Position numbers and translations under genes: made by a program | Source: Callorhinchus milii | Taxonomy: Eukaryota | DNA length: 64,000 nucleotides | Assembly (NCBI RefSeq): GCF_018977255.1 | Contig: NW_024704743.1 | Coordinates: 100,008,001-100,072,000, forward strand | Direction: 5' to 3' | Part shown: positions 37,694 through 50,893 of the stretch, piece after piece | Layout of the letters: each line of letters opens with the position of its first letter | Numbering within the stretch: position 1 is the stretch's first letter | The notes under the pieces: model-generated | Databases searched by the model: none | The model's input: only the letters and a program-made list of their open reading frames with translations | Told to the model about the DNA's origin: nothing

Positions 37694-38150
37694 ATAGGTT
37701 TATATCCACCCTCGCCCCACCTCCTATTAGGATGTGAACCATTCATTCAAGTTGCTTTCTAAACCCTTGATCCCTTTGATATACAATTTAGGAGACACGG
37801 TTCATTAATAGGTGTATTGTATCTTTAATCCACAAAAATTAAAGGGCCACACTATCTACCTAACGACCATGTAATCATAAATGCTGGAAAGGAAGCCTTC
37901 GCCCTGATTTCTCAGTCACTGCTCATTTCAGGCTTCACAATTGCTGCTTAGAGGCAGCCGTAAAGACATCAGGACCAGGAATGGTTGCCTGGATTATACT
38001 TAGAGGCTTAACAACACATGGTCCTTTTCAGTACATTTCTAACCAGCTATTCTAAAATACATCATATGATGTAGAAAACTCAAATATAACAATTCCGCAA
38101 GTGGAGGAACACTTTCTGCTGAAGCTTTCAGTTTCAATCTCAGGTCCTAC

Positions 38151-38338
38151 CTTTGGAAATCTCGGTATTTTCGCTGAAACCCCCACACAGAGAGAGAACA
38201 ACATCTGGCAGGTCAGCTGCTGAATCTGAAAGGCATTCTGTGCCGCTGTCCATTGCTGCACTCCCAACCGACTGTGGGGACTGAGAACCAGAATGCGTCT
38301 CCAATTCGGTCCAGAGTTTGGAATTGCTATCAATCTCG
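38151..38338 (-). CDS. LPIN2: Lipin coding exon 8
   Basis: ...[47 protein letters not shown]; 188 nt. Confidence 0.95.
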
Positions 38339-39123
38339 CTACAGAAAGGGAGGAAGGAAAGGAGAGGAACAAGGTAGCGATTTTTAGTTTTGGTACTGAA
38401 TCAGACTAACTCGCACTGTGCTGTTCCACAGACCTATTCTGAAAACATTATGGCTGTAAACATCCCCAATGTTGAACCTCAGTAAATGTTTGCAAAAGGA
38501 AATGTCCTTCACCTCATTCGTATTAATAATAGTAATCCTTGCATTTGATATAGTGCTTATATTGTACAAATAGGATTACCATATTTAGAAACGCCCCAAA
38601 TTATTCCACAACACGATTTTAGTGCACATGCAGTTGGATCCTGTTGTGATGTGATAGTTTAGGCACACAAAATCATACCCTGTGTTATAATGGGTCGTGT
38701 TATAATGGGTCGTGTTATAAAAATGGCTGCTGGTTAGCACTTCTGGGTCATCAGGTCACCTCAAGTTTGTCTGATATTTGTCCCCTTGACTGTTCTTCTG
38801 GGGAACTTAAGTGTTCTGTCCTCCTGTGAGGAGTGTTGGTAGACTATTTGACCATGGAAAGCAACTTAGCGGAGCTGGATTCTGCTCACCTGTCAATCAA
38901 GTGAGGAGCAGGATCCCTCCCTCACTAACAACCATGCCCCAATTTATGCTCCAGCTGAGATTAGTTATCTCAGAGAAGACCAGAAATTCAACAAACTACC
39001 ATTTTTGATCTCTTTGGTGCATTAAGCAGCACCATTACCTTCTCAGCTGTCAGGAAAGCTTGCAGTCTGCTGCATCAAAACCAAAATAATGAAGGGAATT
39101 ATTAGACAAAGATAACACTGTAC

Positions 39124-39223
39124 CTTTTGGGAAAATATCGAGCTGCAACTTCGGGCTCCAAAACAGTCAGATCATCCAAATAGATGTCATCGGGCCCCTG
39201 ATGCTGACTTCGTTTACGGAGAC
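39124..39223 (-). CDS. LPIN2: Lipin coding exon 7
   Basis: [33 protein letters not shown]; 100 nt. Confidence 0.95.
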
Positions 39224-39489
39224 CTGTTTAGCAAACACAGTTGGAATAGAGGCACCCATAGCTGCTAAATGTGACATTGACTTTCCAAACTAGTCCAAGG
39301 ACACAATCTGCTCCCAACTCAGTTGGTCACCAACTTTTCCTGTTAGAAATGGACAACACCTGATCACATGCAGCACTCCCTTTAGATTTTCAGAAAAGAA
39401 TCCCCCAAAATATAAAACTCCTGATGATTTGTAGATCATCAGCAAGCAACTCTCTATGTAGTGCAGAGAAGATACAAGCAGATACAATA

Positions 39490-40140
39490 TAAAATTACAT
39501 TTGTATAGCGCCTTTCACGTCGGTTGGAGGGTAGGCGAAGGCATGGTCGAAGAAGAGACGTGCCTTGAAGGAGGTAAGAGAGAGAGAGATGTGAAAGGAA
39601 TGAGGGATGGTGTTCCCAAGGGTGCGGGCGGAGAAGCTGACGGCCCAACCGCTAATGCTGGGGATGGCCGGGCGGGGGACGTGGAGCAGGCTGGAGCCTG
39701 CTGAGCCAAGGGAGTGGACAGTTTGATAAGGGGTTAGTAGGTCACAGAGTTCGGAAGGGTCAAGGCTGTGGAGGGCCTTGAAAGCGAGGATTTTAAACTC
39801 TATCCTCTGAGGGATGGGGATCTTGTGGAGCCGGGCAAGGGTGGGAGTGATGGGTCACGGAGCCTGGTGCAGGAGAGGACACAAGTTGCAGAGTATTGGA
39901 TAATCTGCAGCTTGTGGAGGGAAGAGTTGGGAAGGTTGACAAGCAGGGTATTGGCATAGTTGAGCCTAGATGTGATGAAGGTGTGAATGAGGGTTTCGGT
40001 GGCCTGAGGGGTGAGGCAGTGGGGGAGCCAGGCGATGTTGCAGAGGTGGGGGAAGGCAGAGCGGTCATGGCATGGATGTGGGGGAGAAAGGACAGGTGAG
40101 GGTCAAATAAGATACCTAGGTTCCTGACTGGCTCAGTGAT
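39490..40140 (-). mobile_element. L2 LINE 3' fragment
   Basis: VRNLGILFDPHLSF remnant and L2 tail. Confidence 0.85.
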
Positions 40141-40996
40141 CTTACTAACCTTCGTCGATCTACAATTTAAAAAAAATTCATTTAGATTTCTCAATTGATA
40201 AAAAAGGTGCTCCTGCTTAAATAAATTTTTATTTATTTGAGAACTGAGTTGATCCTTTCATTGCCCCCCTGAAACCTGGCCACTCCACAAGATAAACATA
40301 AAACTAATGTGGCACACACAGAAATAACAACACCATGTACATAAAATTGGCTCAATTTTAAAACAGGTGGATCTAAAAAGTTAAAAACCTTGTAAGGCAT
40401 GACATTGTTTGGTGTCAGCACAGACACAGATGGTTAAAGAGTTGCATTCCGGTTACCAGGATGACATAGCTTTATGCCAACCTGTCAATATTAATTATGT
40501 GGTTTAAATGAACATTTACTCTTATTCCAGAGGAAGTGATCTTGCTCCAAACTAATAGCAAGAGGGAAACCATACTTTCCTCCTCCTCTCCCCTTCCAAG
40601 GAAGATGCACGAGCTCAGTTGGTTAAACCACACTGATCCAAACCAACCATATTAATAAATTAATCCCATCACAGAATTATTACACTGTACAACCAGTGTA
40701 GGTTCTTGGTTTTAATTTCGCACTTTTGAAAGATCACGCAAATTTTATTATAATTGTGCAACATTTTGAACATAAAACATTGTACGAAAAAAAGGCCTTT
40801 CAGTCCATCAAGACCATGCAAAACCTAACTAATAAACTTCTCCTTCCCGGCTCATTTAATCCACTGCAAAGTTTGCTGCATAAACCCAGGAAAAAACACA
40901 GAGAGCTGCAAAATATCTATCCATCCCCCTACCCCCACCCACAGACTACTGCCTTCCTAGCACAGATTATGTTTTCCATGTACAGAAAAAATATAC

Positions 40997-41339
40997 CTTT
41001 TTTCTTTGATGGAGAATCAGTTTTTGCGACAATCTGTGCATCTGTTGCTGCAGGAGAGGAGCTGTCCACCTGCGATTCAATTTCGACTGCAGTTTCCTTT
41101 GGATATGGTGATGGCATGATGACAGGATGTTCCTGCAAAGTGTCAACCCTGCTCTCAGTAGCAGCTTCCCCAACATCTACCAGAGCCCTGGGCTCAGGTT
41201 TTAGTACTGCAGGAGCCATGGCTTCCGAGTCAGCATCCTCGTTCATGGCATCAGCACTCAGGATAACCCTGAAGTGAGTGCTATCAGACGGAGTAATTGT
41301 GAAGGTTTTCGGCTCTTCCCATCGCTCTCTTTTGTTAAT
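40997..41339 (-). CDS. LPIN2: Lipin coding exon 6
   Basis: INKRERWEEPKTFTITPSDSTHFRVI...KTDSPSKKK; 343 nt, phase 0/1. Confidence 0.92.
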
Positions 41340-41423
41340 CTACAAAGACAAAGTGATAAGGACAATTCCACTCGAATCCTGAAAAAGCACCATTTGGAGC
41401 TGGCACAAAGCGGAAGACTGCAA

Positions 41424-41614
41424 TTTTTAAAAAAAATCATAATTTGGTCACTCAACCCATGATTGTCTGTGGAACACTGCTGTGCGCAATTGGCTGCTGC
41501 TTTTGGCCACAAAGCACACAGTCACTACGCTTTACAGTATATTCTGTGAAGCACTTTGAGATGTCTCGAAGACATGATAAGGCGCTATATCAAATGCAAG
41601 GATTATTATTATTG
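41424..41614 (+). mobile_element. 5'-truncated SINE copy
   Basis: Deu core plus tail CGAAGACATGATAAGGCGCTATATCAAATGCAAGG(ATT)n. Confidence 0.8.
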
Positions 41615-42231
41615 TTGACCTACAAAGTCATGAATTAAAACCTAAGTGCATATTTCCCTTTAACCAAAATTTTGCATATTAAACAGGTTCTGCAATGGAA
41701 GATAAATAAAAATAATAATCCTTTCATCTGATATAGTACCTTTCACACTGGGAATGCATTTCAAAGGACTTCACAGGATTTACTGTAAAATGTAGTGACT
41801 GTTTTATGTAGGAGAATGCAGCAGCAAACTAAGATAGTTGGTAGCATTTATGTTACCTTGTACCACTGACACATCTTTAATAAGATCCTTACAATTGAGT
41901 ACTTTTGAAAAACTATTTTCTAAGTTTCTGAATAAGCTGAGGGGAGTTACTGATCAAAGCAGAATAAAATCATGAGCAATATTGGAAACGCCCTCACTAT
42001 CAACGCTATTAACAATCAGGCGTGTACTTTTACCACAAACAATGACTTGGGTACATATTTTAACAAATCGATACATTGCAAATTCACATTAAATGATCAG
42101 ACATGTATTTAATTATTGAGCTTTCTTAAAAGATCAAAATATTTAAAAGGAGCAGCTTCAGTTTTATTTAAGAATTGATATTTTGCTAATAACAGTGGAA
42201 GAATTTTGCTTAGTGCAACGGAATACATTAC

Positions 42232-42358
42232 CCTCGTCGACTCTGGAAATTCTCCCCATGACCACTCCATATGAGATTCGGACATCAGCAAGTTAGCAGA
42301 AGGTTTCACCATTAATTCAGAGTCACTTTTGGGGGAAAAGGACTGTAAAGGAGAAATT
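42232..42358 (-). CDS. LPIN2: Lipin coding exon 5
   Basis: [19 protein letters not shown]...[14 protein letters not shown]; 127 nt, phase 2/0. Confidence 0.92.
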
Positions 42359-42494
42359 CTGCACAGAAGGGAAAAAAAGCTGTAATTTTAACAGAGTTCC
42401 ACATGTTTCAGAGCAAACTGTTAGTTATTTATCGTTCTAGTTAGTCAGCAGATAGAAAGCAATAGGGAACTTAATTTAGGACCACATTACATAC

Positions 42495-42599
42495 CCTTCA
42501 ATGGCCTCCCAGTCGCCATCTGAATGTGGGTAATTGTCTTTGGGTTGAAATTTCAGAGACTCCAACTCATTTTCCTTTACTGGAGAATATGCAGGTCCC
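42495..42599 (-). CDS. LPIN2: Lipin coding exon 4
   Basis: GPAYSPVKENELESLKFQPKDNYPHSDGDWEAIE; 105 nt, phase 2/2, donor GTATGT. Confidence 0.88.
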
Positions 42600-42915
42600 C
42601 TGGATGAAGATCACAATAAAAAAAGCTTAGTATCCTTTTTTTTAAAAAAAACATAGGAACACAAATTTACATTGTTTTTCATGGAAGCGCTGAGCTACAT
42701 TTATACAGTGCATGCAAGCACTCAGCTAAGTTTACACAACCCATTTACTCATTGATAGAACACAGAGGAGATATCAAACAGAGCGTAATCATTCTCTTCT
42801 ATTATTTTAACATAGACCGACTCACATAGTACCAAAACCAGCAAAAAGGAATTCTAAGGGGCTACACACAAAACCAGCGAAAGGAGAAAAAAAGTTGCTT
42901 TGCACATATTTTTAC

Positions 42916-43220
42916 CTAGGTGAATATACTGTATTCTCTTCATCAGAACTAATCTCCATTTCAAAGATGTCTTCATTTCCAGCTGATGGCGGCCGTTCAT
43001 CCTTTCTGCCTTCTGCTTTAGTCTTCTTTCTGCGCCGCTTTTTCTTTTTCACTGAGCCGATGCTGCCCATAGCCTCTGGTTCAGCCTGCTGCCCAACATT
43101 CCCCAGGCATGGTTCACTTTCCATGTTCGCACATTTTCCCAAATTCCACTCGAGAGCCTTGAAAAACTGACCCTCTTCTATAGGAATTGGAGAGGTGGCC
43201 AGGTGAGCAGGAACTTTCTC
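42916..43220 (-). CDS. LPIN2: Lipin coding exon 3 (polybasic NLS)
   Basis: EKVPAHLATSPIP...VKKKKRRRKKTK...EDIFEMEISSDEE; 305 nt, phase 0/2. Confidence 0.93.
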
Positions 43221-43761
43221 CTGAAAAGCAAAGAAACAACAGCAAATTATAGGACAAGATTATATAATAAAAAAAGTACAGCTTTGCCCCAACCTGGCGA
43301 ATCACTTGGTGTGACTTGAGGCTCAAGAATTTCTTAAAGGACAAATTTACAACATTCTGGATCTAGATGGACGTAATCCAATGACTATACGAGCAGGCAG
43401 CTCAACATCACTCTTACAGGCCTCCGAAGAAATCTTTGGAAGCCGAACTGAGGTTTGTTCACTACAGTTGCAGGAAATCAGATGACTGTAGGAATAATTC
43501 CTTACAGAAGCAGAAATCACAAAGAAAATGTTTTTCAAAGCTCATAATTAAAACCACATGCCTATGCTGTGCGTGCATGCCCTCGGAATATCTCCTGTAC
43601 AAAGAGGACACAAACCATCCAATATGGTTTGCTAGAGTTTGTAAGAATGGCTAGTTTCTATTGATGTGCAAATGAGCTTTCGCAAACCACATTATATGTT
43701 TATGAATTAAACTTTGGCAGGCACTTATCAGAAGCTGTCATAATTAGCTGCACAATAATCA

Positions 43762-43950
<189 letters not shown>

Positions 43951-45785
43951 TCATTTCCATTAAAAAAATGCAACACAGAGCACATTACTTGACCATTACC
44001 GATTTAAAACGTTATCTTTCAACATTTCAAATCTTATTCTATGTGTGAGGAAAATGTGATGTTCATTTAATAAAATCCCAAGAAGAACCATCACCACTGT
44101 AATTGGAGAACAATGTTCATAAATTTGATTTAACATGCATTATCTTCGTTAATTATACAGGTTCTCTACTTGGGAGCAGCAAATTTATAAAGGTTTCTGG
44201 TAATATTAATGAAGCTACAAATTTTCCACTTCAAACTGAACCCAGGGAACACCCACATATATACAGAAGTACAGAATTGCAACATACTTTGCGGTTAATG
44301 ATACTTTGAAAGACTTGTTAACTACCTTGCCTCAAATATGATGTACTATACTCCCACACATCTATTGCCACTTAATTATATCTTATTGCAAATGAATATT
44401 TTTAGACAGGAATAAACTCATACTTTATAACAAATATAGGATACAGCAACAGTACTGGCGATCAAGTTTATTTCAGGAAGCAGTAAATTAATGTCTCTCA
44501 GGGGAGAAATAACCCGAGAACATAATGGAACTAGTTCAGTTAATTTTATATAAATACGACCACTAATTGAATGTTGCATAGATAATAACCGGATCCACAG
44601 CTCCCTCAGGTTTTCCACTGCCTTCTCGCAAAGATCTAGTATGTGGGAGTCAGGCTCAGCTACAATAATAATATACAAAAAACGGCCCTCTTCCTGCCCT
44701 CCACTCCTCCTGATCCCTGCCCCGGTCCAAATCCTTGACTGTCCAGCACCTTGGGATGTCCACCGGAAGTGAAAGGCCCTATCCAAATCTAATTTGTTGT
44801 TGAGTGATACAACGCTGTTTTGAAATGTTAGCCTGGAATGCAAGTTCAAAGTCCCAGCATGGGGCGTGTACTCAAAACCTTCCTGTTACCAACAGTGCAG
44901 GGCTGACACCTAAGCAGACAATGAGTCACAATGTCACCAAATCAGCAAAAAGCTTAATAATACACAAAAAACTCACTGGCACTGTACCTTGGAGTTATCC
45001 CCTGACAGTAGATGGCAGGGCATAAAATAGTTACACTCAAAGTAAGGACAATCCTGGTTAATAGCTTTGACATCAGGGAACATCTGTTTGGAACTTTCAC
45101 TAAGCAGGTAGAGTGGATGAGGTAAAGCCTACAAATGGGGAAGCACGTGAAAGCAATAGGCTTGATGGCACAAATAGCATATTCTTGTTCCATGCTTCGT
45201 TTTAGAATATTAAAAAAATGCACCCAACCAGACTGGGGATTGTATTCAACTACATCCACTAGGTTATAACACCACACGACTTGCTTATTTATCCATTATT
45301 CTCAATCAAGAAACATTAAGCATTTTGGTGCTGACTCAACTCAAATCAGTAGAAATAACTCATTTGGATTTCCAGCGCTACCCCACGTGAAGGGTGCTAA
45401 TATAAATGCACATTGTTGTTCTAAATCACTTCAGAGCTGATTGTGGGAAGTTGTTGTGTACAAACTGGCTGCCATATTTACCTACAAAATAATCACAATA
45501 CTTTACAGTTAAATCCCGTGAACTGCTTTTGAAATGTTTCAACGACATGATGAAGTGTTATATCAAATGCAAGTATTATTATTGAAGTCAATTGGCTACA
45601 AAGCATTGACTCAAATACAGAACCAGAAGTATTTAGTTACTTGGTTGTGATTTTCTAATGTAACAGTATACCCTGGTTGTGCTTTCCCACCACACAGACA
45701 TGGATTTTCAGGACAACAGCTAAAAGTTGCGTGTCAGCATTAAATATACAAATGAACACAAGAGATCTGAGATTCACCCTCCATG

Positions 45786-47185
45786 ACAACAACAACTTGC
45801 ATTTATATAGCGCCCTTCACGCCTGGCAGCGCCTCAGCGGGAAGGTGACCGTAGGCAAGGTCAAAGAGGAAGGCCTTCAGGTGCGACCTGAAGATGGGGA
45901 AGGAGGGGGAGAGGTGAAGGGGTTGAGGGAGGGAGTCCCAAAGTTTCAGGGCGGAGGATTCGGGGGACATGGAGAAGGCCGGACCCTGCGGGTACTGCTG
46001 TGGGGAGATTGGAGGTTAGCGAGATAGGGGTTGCCAAGGAATGGGGATTTAAACACTAGAGTGAGGATCTTGAAGTCAATCCGCTCTGTGACAGGGAGCC
46101 AGTGGAGTTTGACAAGGACTGGAGTAACAAGGACTTGGGGTACCAAGTTTGGTGCAGGTGAGAATCGGGCGGCAGAGTTTTGAATGAGCCGAATTTTGTG
46201 AATAATAATCGTTGCATTTGATATAGCGCTTTTCACGTCTTCTCGACGTCTCAAAAGCGCTTCACAGAATATACTGTAAAGTGAATTGACTGTATATTTG
46301 TGGGCGAACGCTGCAGCCAATTTCCCACAAACAGTCATCGATTGAAAATGACCAATTTATTATTGTTTTGTTTTGGAGGGATTATTATTAGGTGTGTGGA
46401 GTAAGGAAACTTGCCCAAGGTTTTGCCCTGCCTGGAATTGAACTCAGGTCTCTCACTTGCAAAGCGAGTGCTCTAACCACTGAGCTACAGGACTCCACGA
46501 GTAGTCCAATCGAAAGATGACAAAGGCATGGACAAAGGTTTTGGCAGCTTTTGGGGTGAGATATTGTCAGAGACGGGCAATGTAGCGGAGGTGGAAGAAA
46601 GCAGTGCTGGTCAGGGACCGGATGTGGGGGAGGAAGGATTACTGAGGATCGAACCTGATGCCTAAGTTGCCACGGAGGGTTTTAAGGACAGATTGGGTAG
46701 ATTGAGGAGGTCAGAACCGTGGGACAGAAGACGTCGGCAGGAGCCAAAGATACGGCTTCCGTCTTGTTGACATTTAACTACAGGACATTTGCACTCATCC
46801 AGCTCTTGACGTCTGACAGACAAGCTGACAGAACATCAGGGGACTGGGGGTTGCAGCTGGAGGTGGAAACGTGGAGTTGAGTGTCATCCTCTTACACGTG
46901 GAAGTTAACCCCGTGACTGTGGATGACATAAAATGAGCGGGAGCATTTAGATGAGGAAGAAAAGGGAGCCAAGGATGGATCCTTGGGGTACCCCGCAGGT
47001 GACCGGGTGGAAGCAAGAAGAAAAGCCATTTGCAGAAATGTAGTGTTGGCGGTTTGTAAGGTAGGACTCAAACCAAGTGAGTGCGGTCCCACTGAGGTGG
47101 ATGATGGGAAGACAGGCGGTGGTGGAGGAGGCATGATCGACTGTGGTGATGACAAGTTTTTAATGTATTCAATGACAATTTGCAT
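45786..47185 (-). mobile_element. L2 LINE fragment including RT remnant (interrupted by SINE)
   Basis: GVPQGS-type codons at ~46980; LHWLPVTERIDFKILTLVFK. Confidence 0.85.
46201..46498 (-). mobile_element. tRNA-derived SINE, short subfamily, nested in L2
   Basis: Near-identical to 5408-5729. Confidence 0.9.
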
Positions 47186-47412
47186 CTCATTTGAATGGAG
47201 ATGGTCAGTCACTAGACACTGAATGTGGCACTGGATTTAATAGGTTTTAATTTTTAAACTCAGAAGATGCAACTAGACAGCACTGGAGATGTTTTGATGT
47301 GAATGGGCAAGTCTTTAATTCTAGCACTGCTCTTACTCCCTGGCTGAACCAGTTAGCTCAAGCAGATCAAACCTGCTATGCATAACTTGTACCTTGCCTT
47401 TAAATTGCACCA

Positions 47413-48470
47413 TCACATGTGGTGTCCCTCAGGGCTCTGTCCTTGGTCCCCTCCTTTTCAACATTTACATGCTTCCTCTTGGTGACATCATCTGCAGACA
47501 TGGGCTCAACTTCCACATGTAGGCGGATGAATGACATCTAACTCTACCTCCACCCTCGACTCCAGGACCACTACTGTCCTCGCAAACAGCCTGTCGGACA
47601 TCAAGTCCTGGATGAGAGCTAACTTCTCCAATTGAATGTCAACAAGACTGAGGCCCTCCTGTTTGTCTCCCATCAGCGCCTGCATATCTCAGGCGCTGCA
47701 GCATTACCCTTCATGGATGCATTCTGCACCTCTGAAGCCAATACAGAACCTCAGCATCCTGTTTGACCCTTAACTGTCCTTCATCCCCATATCGGTGCCA
47801 TGACCCACTATGCATTTCCCCCACCTCCATAACATTGCCTGTCTCCGGCACTGTCTCTCACCGCAGGCCTCCGAGACCCTCATCCACACGTTCATTGCAT
47901 CCAGACTCAACTATGCAAACTCCCTGCTTGTCAGCCTCGCCAACTCCTCCTCCATAGGCTGCAAATCATCCAGAACTCTGCAGTCTGTTTCCTCTCCCAC
48001 ACCAGGCTCTGTGACCTTATCACGCCCATCCTCACCCAACTCCACTGGTTCCCCATCACTCAGAGGATACAGTTCAAGTTCCTGGTCCTCACCTTCAAAG
48101 CCTTACTCCTCCCTATCTCCATCACCTCTTAAGCCCCTACCGACCAGTCCGCTCAGTGGACTCTGGCCTGCTTCAAGTCCCCCGCCTTGTCCGCCCCACC
48201 ATTGGCAGACAGGCCTACAGCCTTTCTGCCCCCACCCTCTGGAACTCCACCCCACAGTCCCTCTGCCTCACCCCCTCCGTTGCCTCCTTCAAGACCCGTC
48301 TCAAGAACCTCCTCTTCGACTGTGCCATTGGTCACCCTGCTATCCCTCTCCTCCCCACCCGCCACCCCTCCTGATCCCAACTACCAGCTCGTGTGCGGAT
48401 CCCTGACTGACCAGCAATTTGGAATATCCTCCTGATGTGATTGGCGCTATAAAAACTTAATTTGTTGTTG
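47413..48470 (+). mobile_element. L2 LINE fragment including RT remnant
   Basis: GGTGTCCCTCAGGGCTCTGTCCTTGGTCCC ([10 protein letters not shown]); ETLIHTFIASRLNYANSLL; tail. Confidence 0.88.
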
Positions 48471-50713
48471 TATAAAAGAAGATCTTCAGACCAAATTCTG
48501 CTAAATCTGGGCATGGTATCAGTATGTGTAACAAAAGTTCATACAACACCTGGTATTTGGTTTTATTGACTAGAATTGGTGGGACAGAGAATCTGAACAG
48601 AAATTCCACTGAATGTTGGGTCTTGTTTGGAACCTTTTTTTGTTTACAAGTAGGAACTCACGGTTAATCATCATTAACTTGGAAACACTGAATAAGGCAA
48701 GTCCTTTTATAAATATCCCACTAAAACTGTAGTATTGTATTCATGGATAATTACACTTCATGCAAGACATGCTATTTAAACACTTCCTTATGAGTAATAA
48801 ATATGTCTTGTTTAACTTCTGACTAATATCTGTCACGCAAACATAACTTGCTGACCACTGGTCCTGCTTCCAGGTCGCATCTGATATCGCTTCTGGCACA
48901 GATCGGCTGGATTCCTGTACATTGCATGCATACAAAGGAAGCTGGTATGATGGTGTCAGAAATGTACCACACTTGCGGTATCCATGAATCCACAGGACAC
49001 TAATATTATAAGTGGACTCGCACTCCAGTGAGGCACCTTACAATAGCATCACAATGTGGTGCTCCACGCACACCCAAAACATCTTCCTTCTCCTCCAGCT
49101 TTGAACCAATTAATGAAGTTAACGGATCATCATGTAATCTAGATTTTTAAAGGTTTTTTTCCCTTTTAAAGGCCTTAACAAGAGCTACAGTGTGAAATGG
49201 AGTCTCTACGTGTTTTGTGGGCAAATGGAGCAGCCAATTTAATGAATAAAATGGCAAATAACTGGAAAGTTTGATCAGTAAAAATGGCAAAGCTGAATAG
49301 TATTTAAAATCTTCCATTTTATAAAAATCACGTCAACAGGAAAAAAGGTTGTTTGTTTCAGCAAGCCACATGTTCACTTCATTCAGTGAAATGAAGTTCT
49401 GTGCGTCTGCATAAAATAGACAAGACAAAGCTAATGAACAACATTGTGAATATTTTATCATCTCTGTTTGTAATGTTAGATTAGATGGTAGATTCTTCAC
49501 AAAGAGGGTCACTGTTTAGCTCAAAAGCTTGACCATTAAAAGCCACTTGCTCTGATCATGTGAGTTATTCCCATTCTAACTCAGAGATTAGAGCGAGAGC
49601 AGCACTGTATCAAAAGGGAGAAGGAGATGTGAGCAGGATTATTCAGCAATAAACCCATGCAAGCACTGATAACTGCTTTGGGGTAATTTCCAGCTTAGGG
49701 TGGGGCTGACTCGATCTACCCAGTCATTCTTCTTTAGAGGAGGAACGTCACACTAAGCTCACGCACTGGTGTGAACTAAGGAGACATAACATTTAAAAAC
49801 GGTAATGTTACCATAAATATCAGTGCACGTGCTGTTTACGTCAGACACCCTTTTCAGCGGCTAGATCCGGTCCAGTTTGTCTCAGCGCGGCACAGGCGCT
49901 AGGAATAGCGGGAAGCTACACGTGGGCATGTGGAAATTTTTGGCCCATGGAAACAATGCAGGTTTATATTTTGTAACTGATTTATGGGTTCGTATGTGCA
50001 CTATATTTTTCTATACACATACCAGTTAGAAATTATACACACATAATGAACCTTGATTCAGGGGCCACCCTTACATAAAGGCCACTTTGATCCAGTCCCC
50101 AAGTGGCTGCTGAAAACAGATTAGACTGTTTTTGGCTCCTACATGTTTCTGAAAGTGAATGTAATGTACAACACTGGCATATGTCATCAGTACTGGCAGA
50201 AGTTTTAAAGAGTTTACATTTTTACTTATAACCATTTTTCAAGAATTTTTCAAACAAACCTCTCTGGCCATGACAAACAGTGAAAGGTCTGAAATGTTGA
50301 AGGCAAACGTTTTAAGCCTTTGAAGTTTTGAGGTTTGACGTATGCCGGTTTTGCAAAAATATTCACGAGCAAAGCAAGAAAATCAAAGGCAGTCTATTTT
50401 ACATTGCAAATTATTAATCTGCTTGGATAATAACTGCATCAGCTCAGTGACCGACTTGTGGGTCAGGAGACCTCTGCTGTTCACATCACTTCCGGTGTAC
50501 AGGAAGATAGATATATCAGCAGTGATAATGATGCAGAAGGCAGCAAATTTAAACATGAAAAGCGAGCCGACTGGCTAAGCGCATGAATAAATGGGGCAGT
50601 CGTGCTGTAAGCAAGTTTGTTGTTGTTGCATTATAATGGTGTTTGAATGAACTACAGTCACTTCACTCACTATCTAAGATAAACATTTTTTGTGTTTAGA
50701 CTTGCAAACTTAC

Positions 50714-50893
50714 CACTTTCTCTTTTGAGCGGAGAACCCCTAGCTTTCCAAACCGCACATGAAATGGTGAACACTGGTAAGTGCCATCCTGCTGTCGGAC
50801 CACAATCACATCTATGCAGCCTGAGAGTGTTGCAGGATTTAGTCCTTTGTACAATTCCTTGAATGTTACCAGAATCTGCCCAACATAGTTCAT
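50714..50893 (-). CDS. LPIN2: Lipin first canonical coding exon (N-LIP start)
   Basis: [32 protein letters not shown]...RSKEKV. Acceptor ttttccag| lies 9 nt before the ATG (exon starts 50902); donor GTG|GTAAGT. Confidence 0.96.

Noticed and set aside
38630..38720. 15-bp tandem GTGTTATAATGGGTC
   Set aside because: Only ~2.6 units with no spacers, so not CRISPR; likely a decayed pogo/Tigger-type MITE end.
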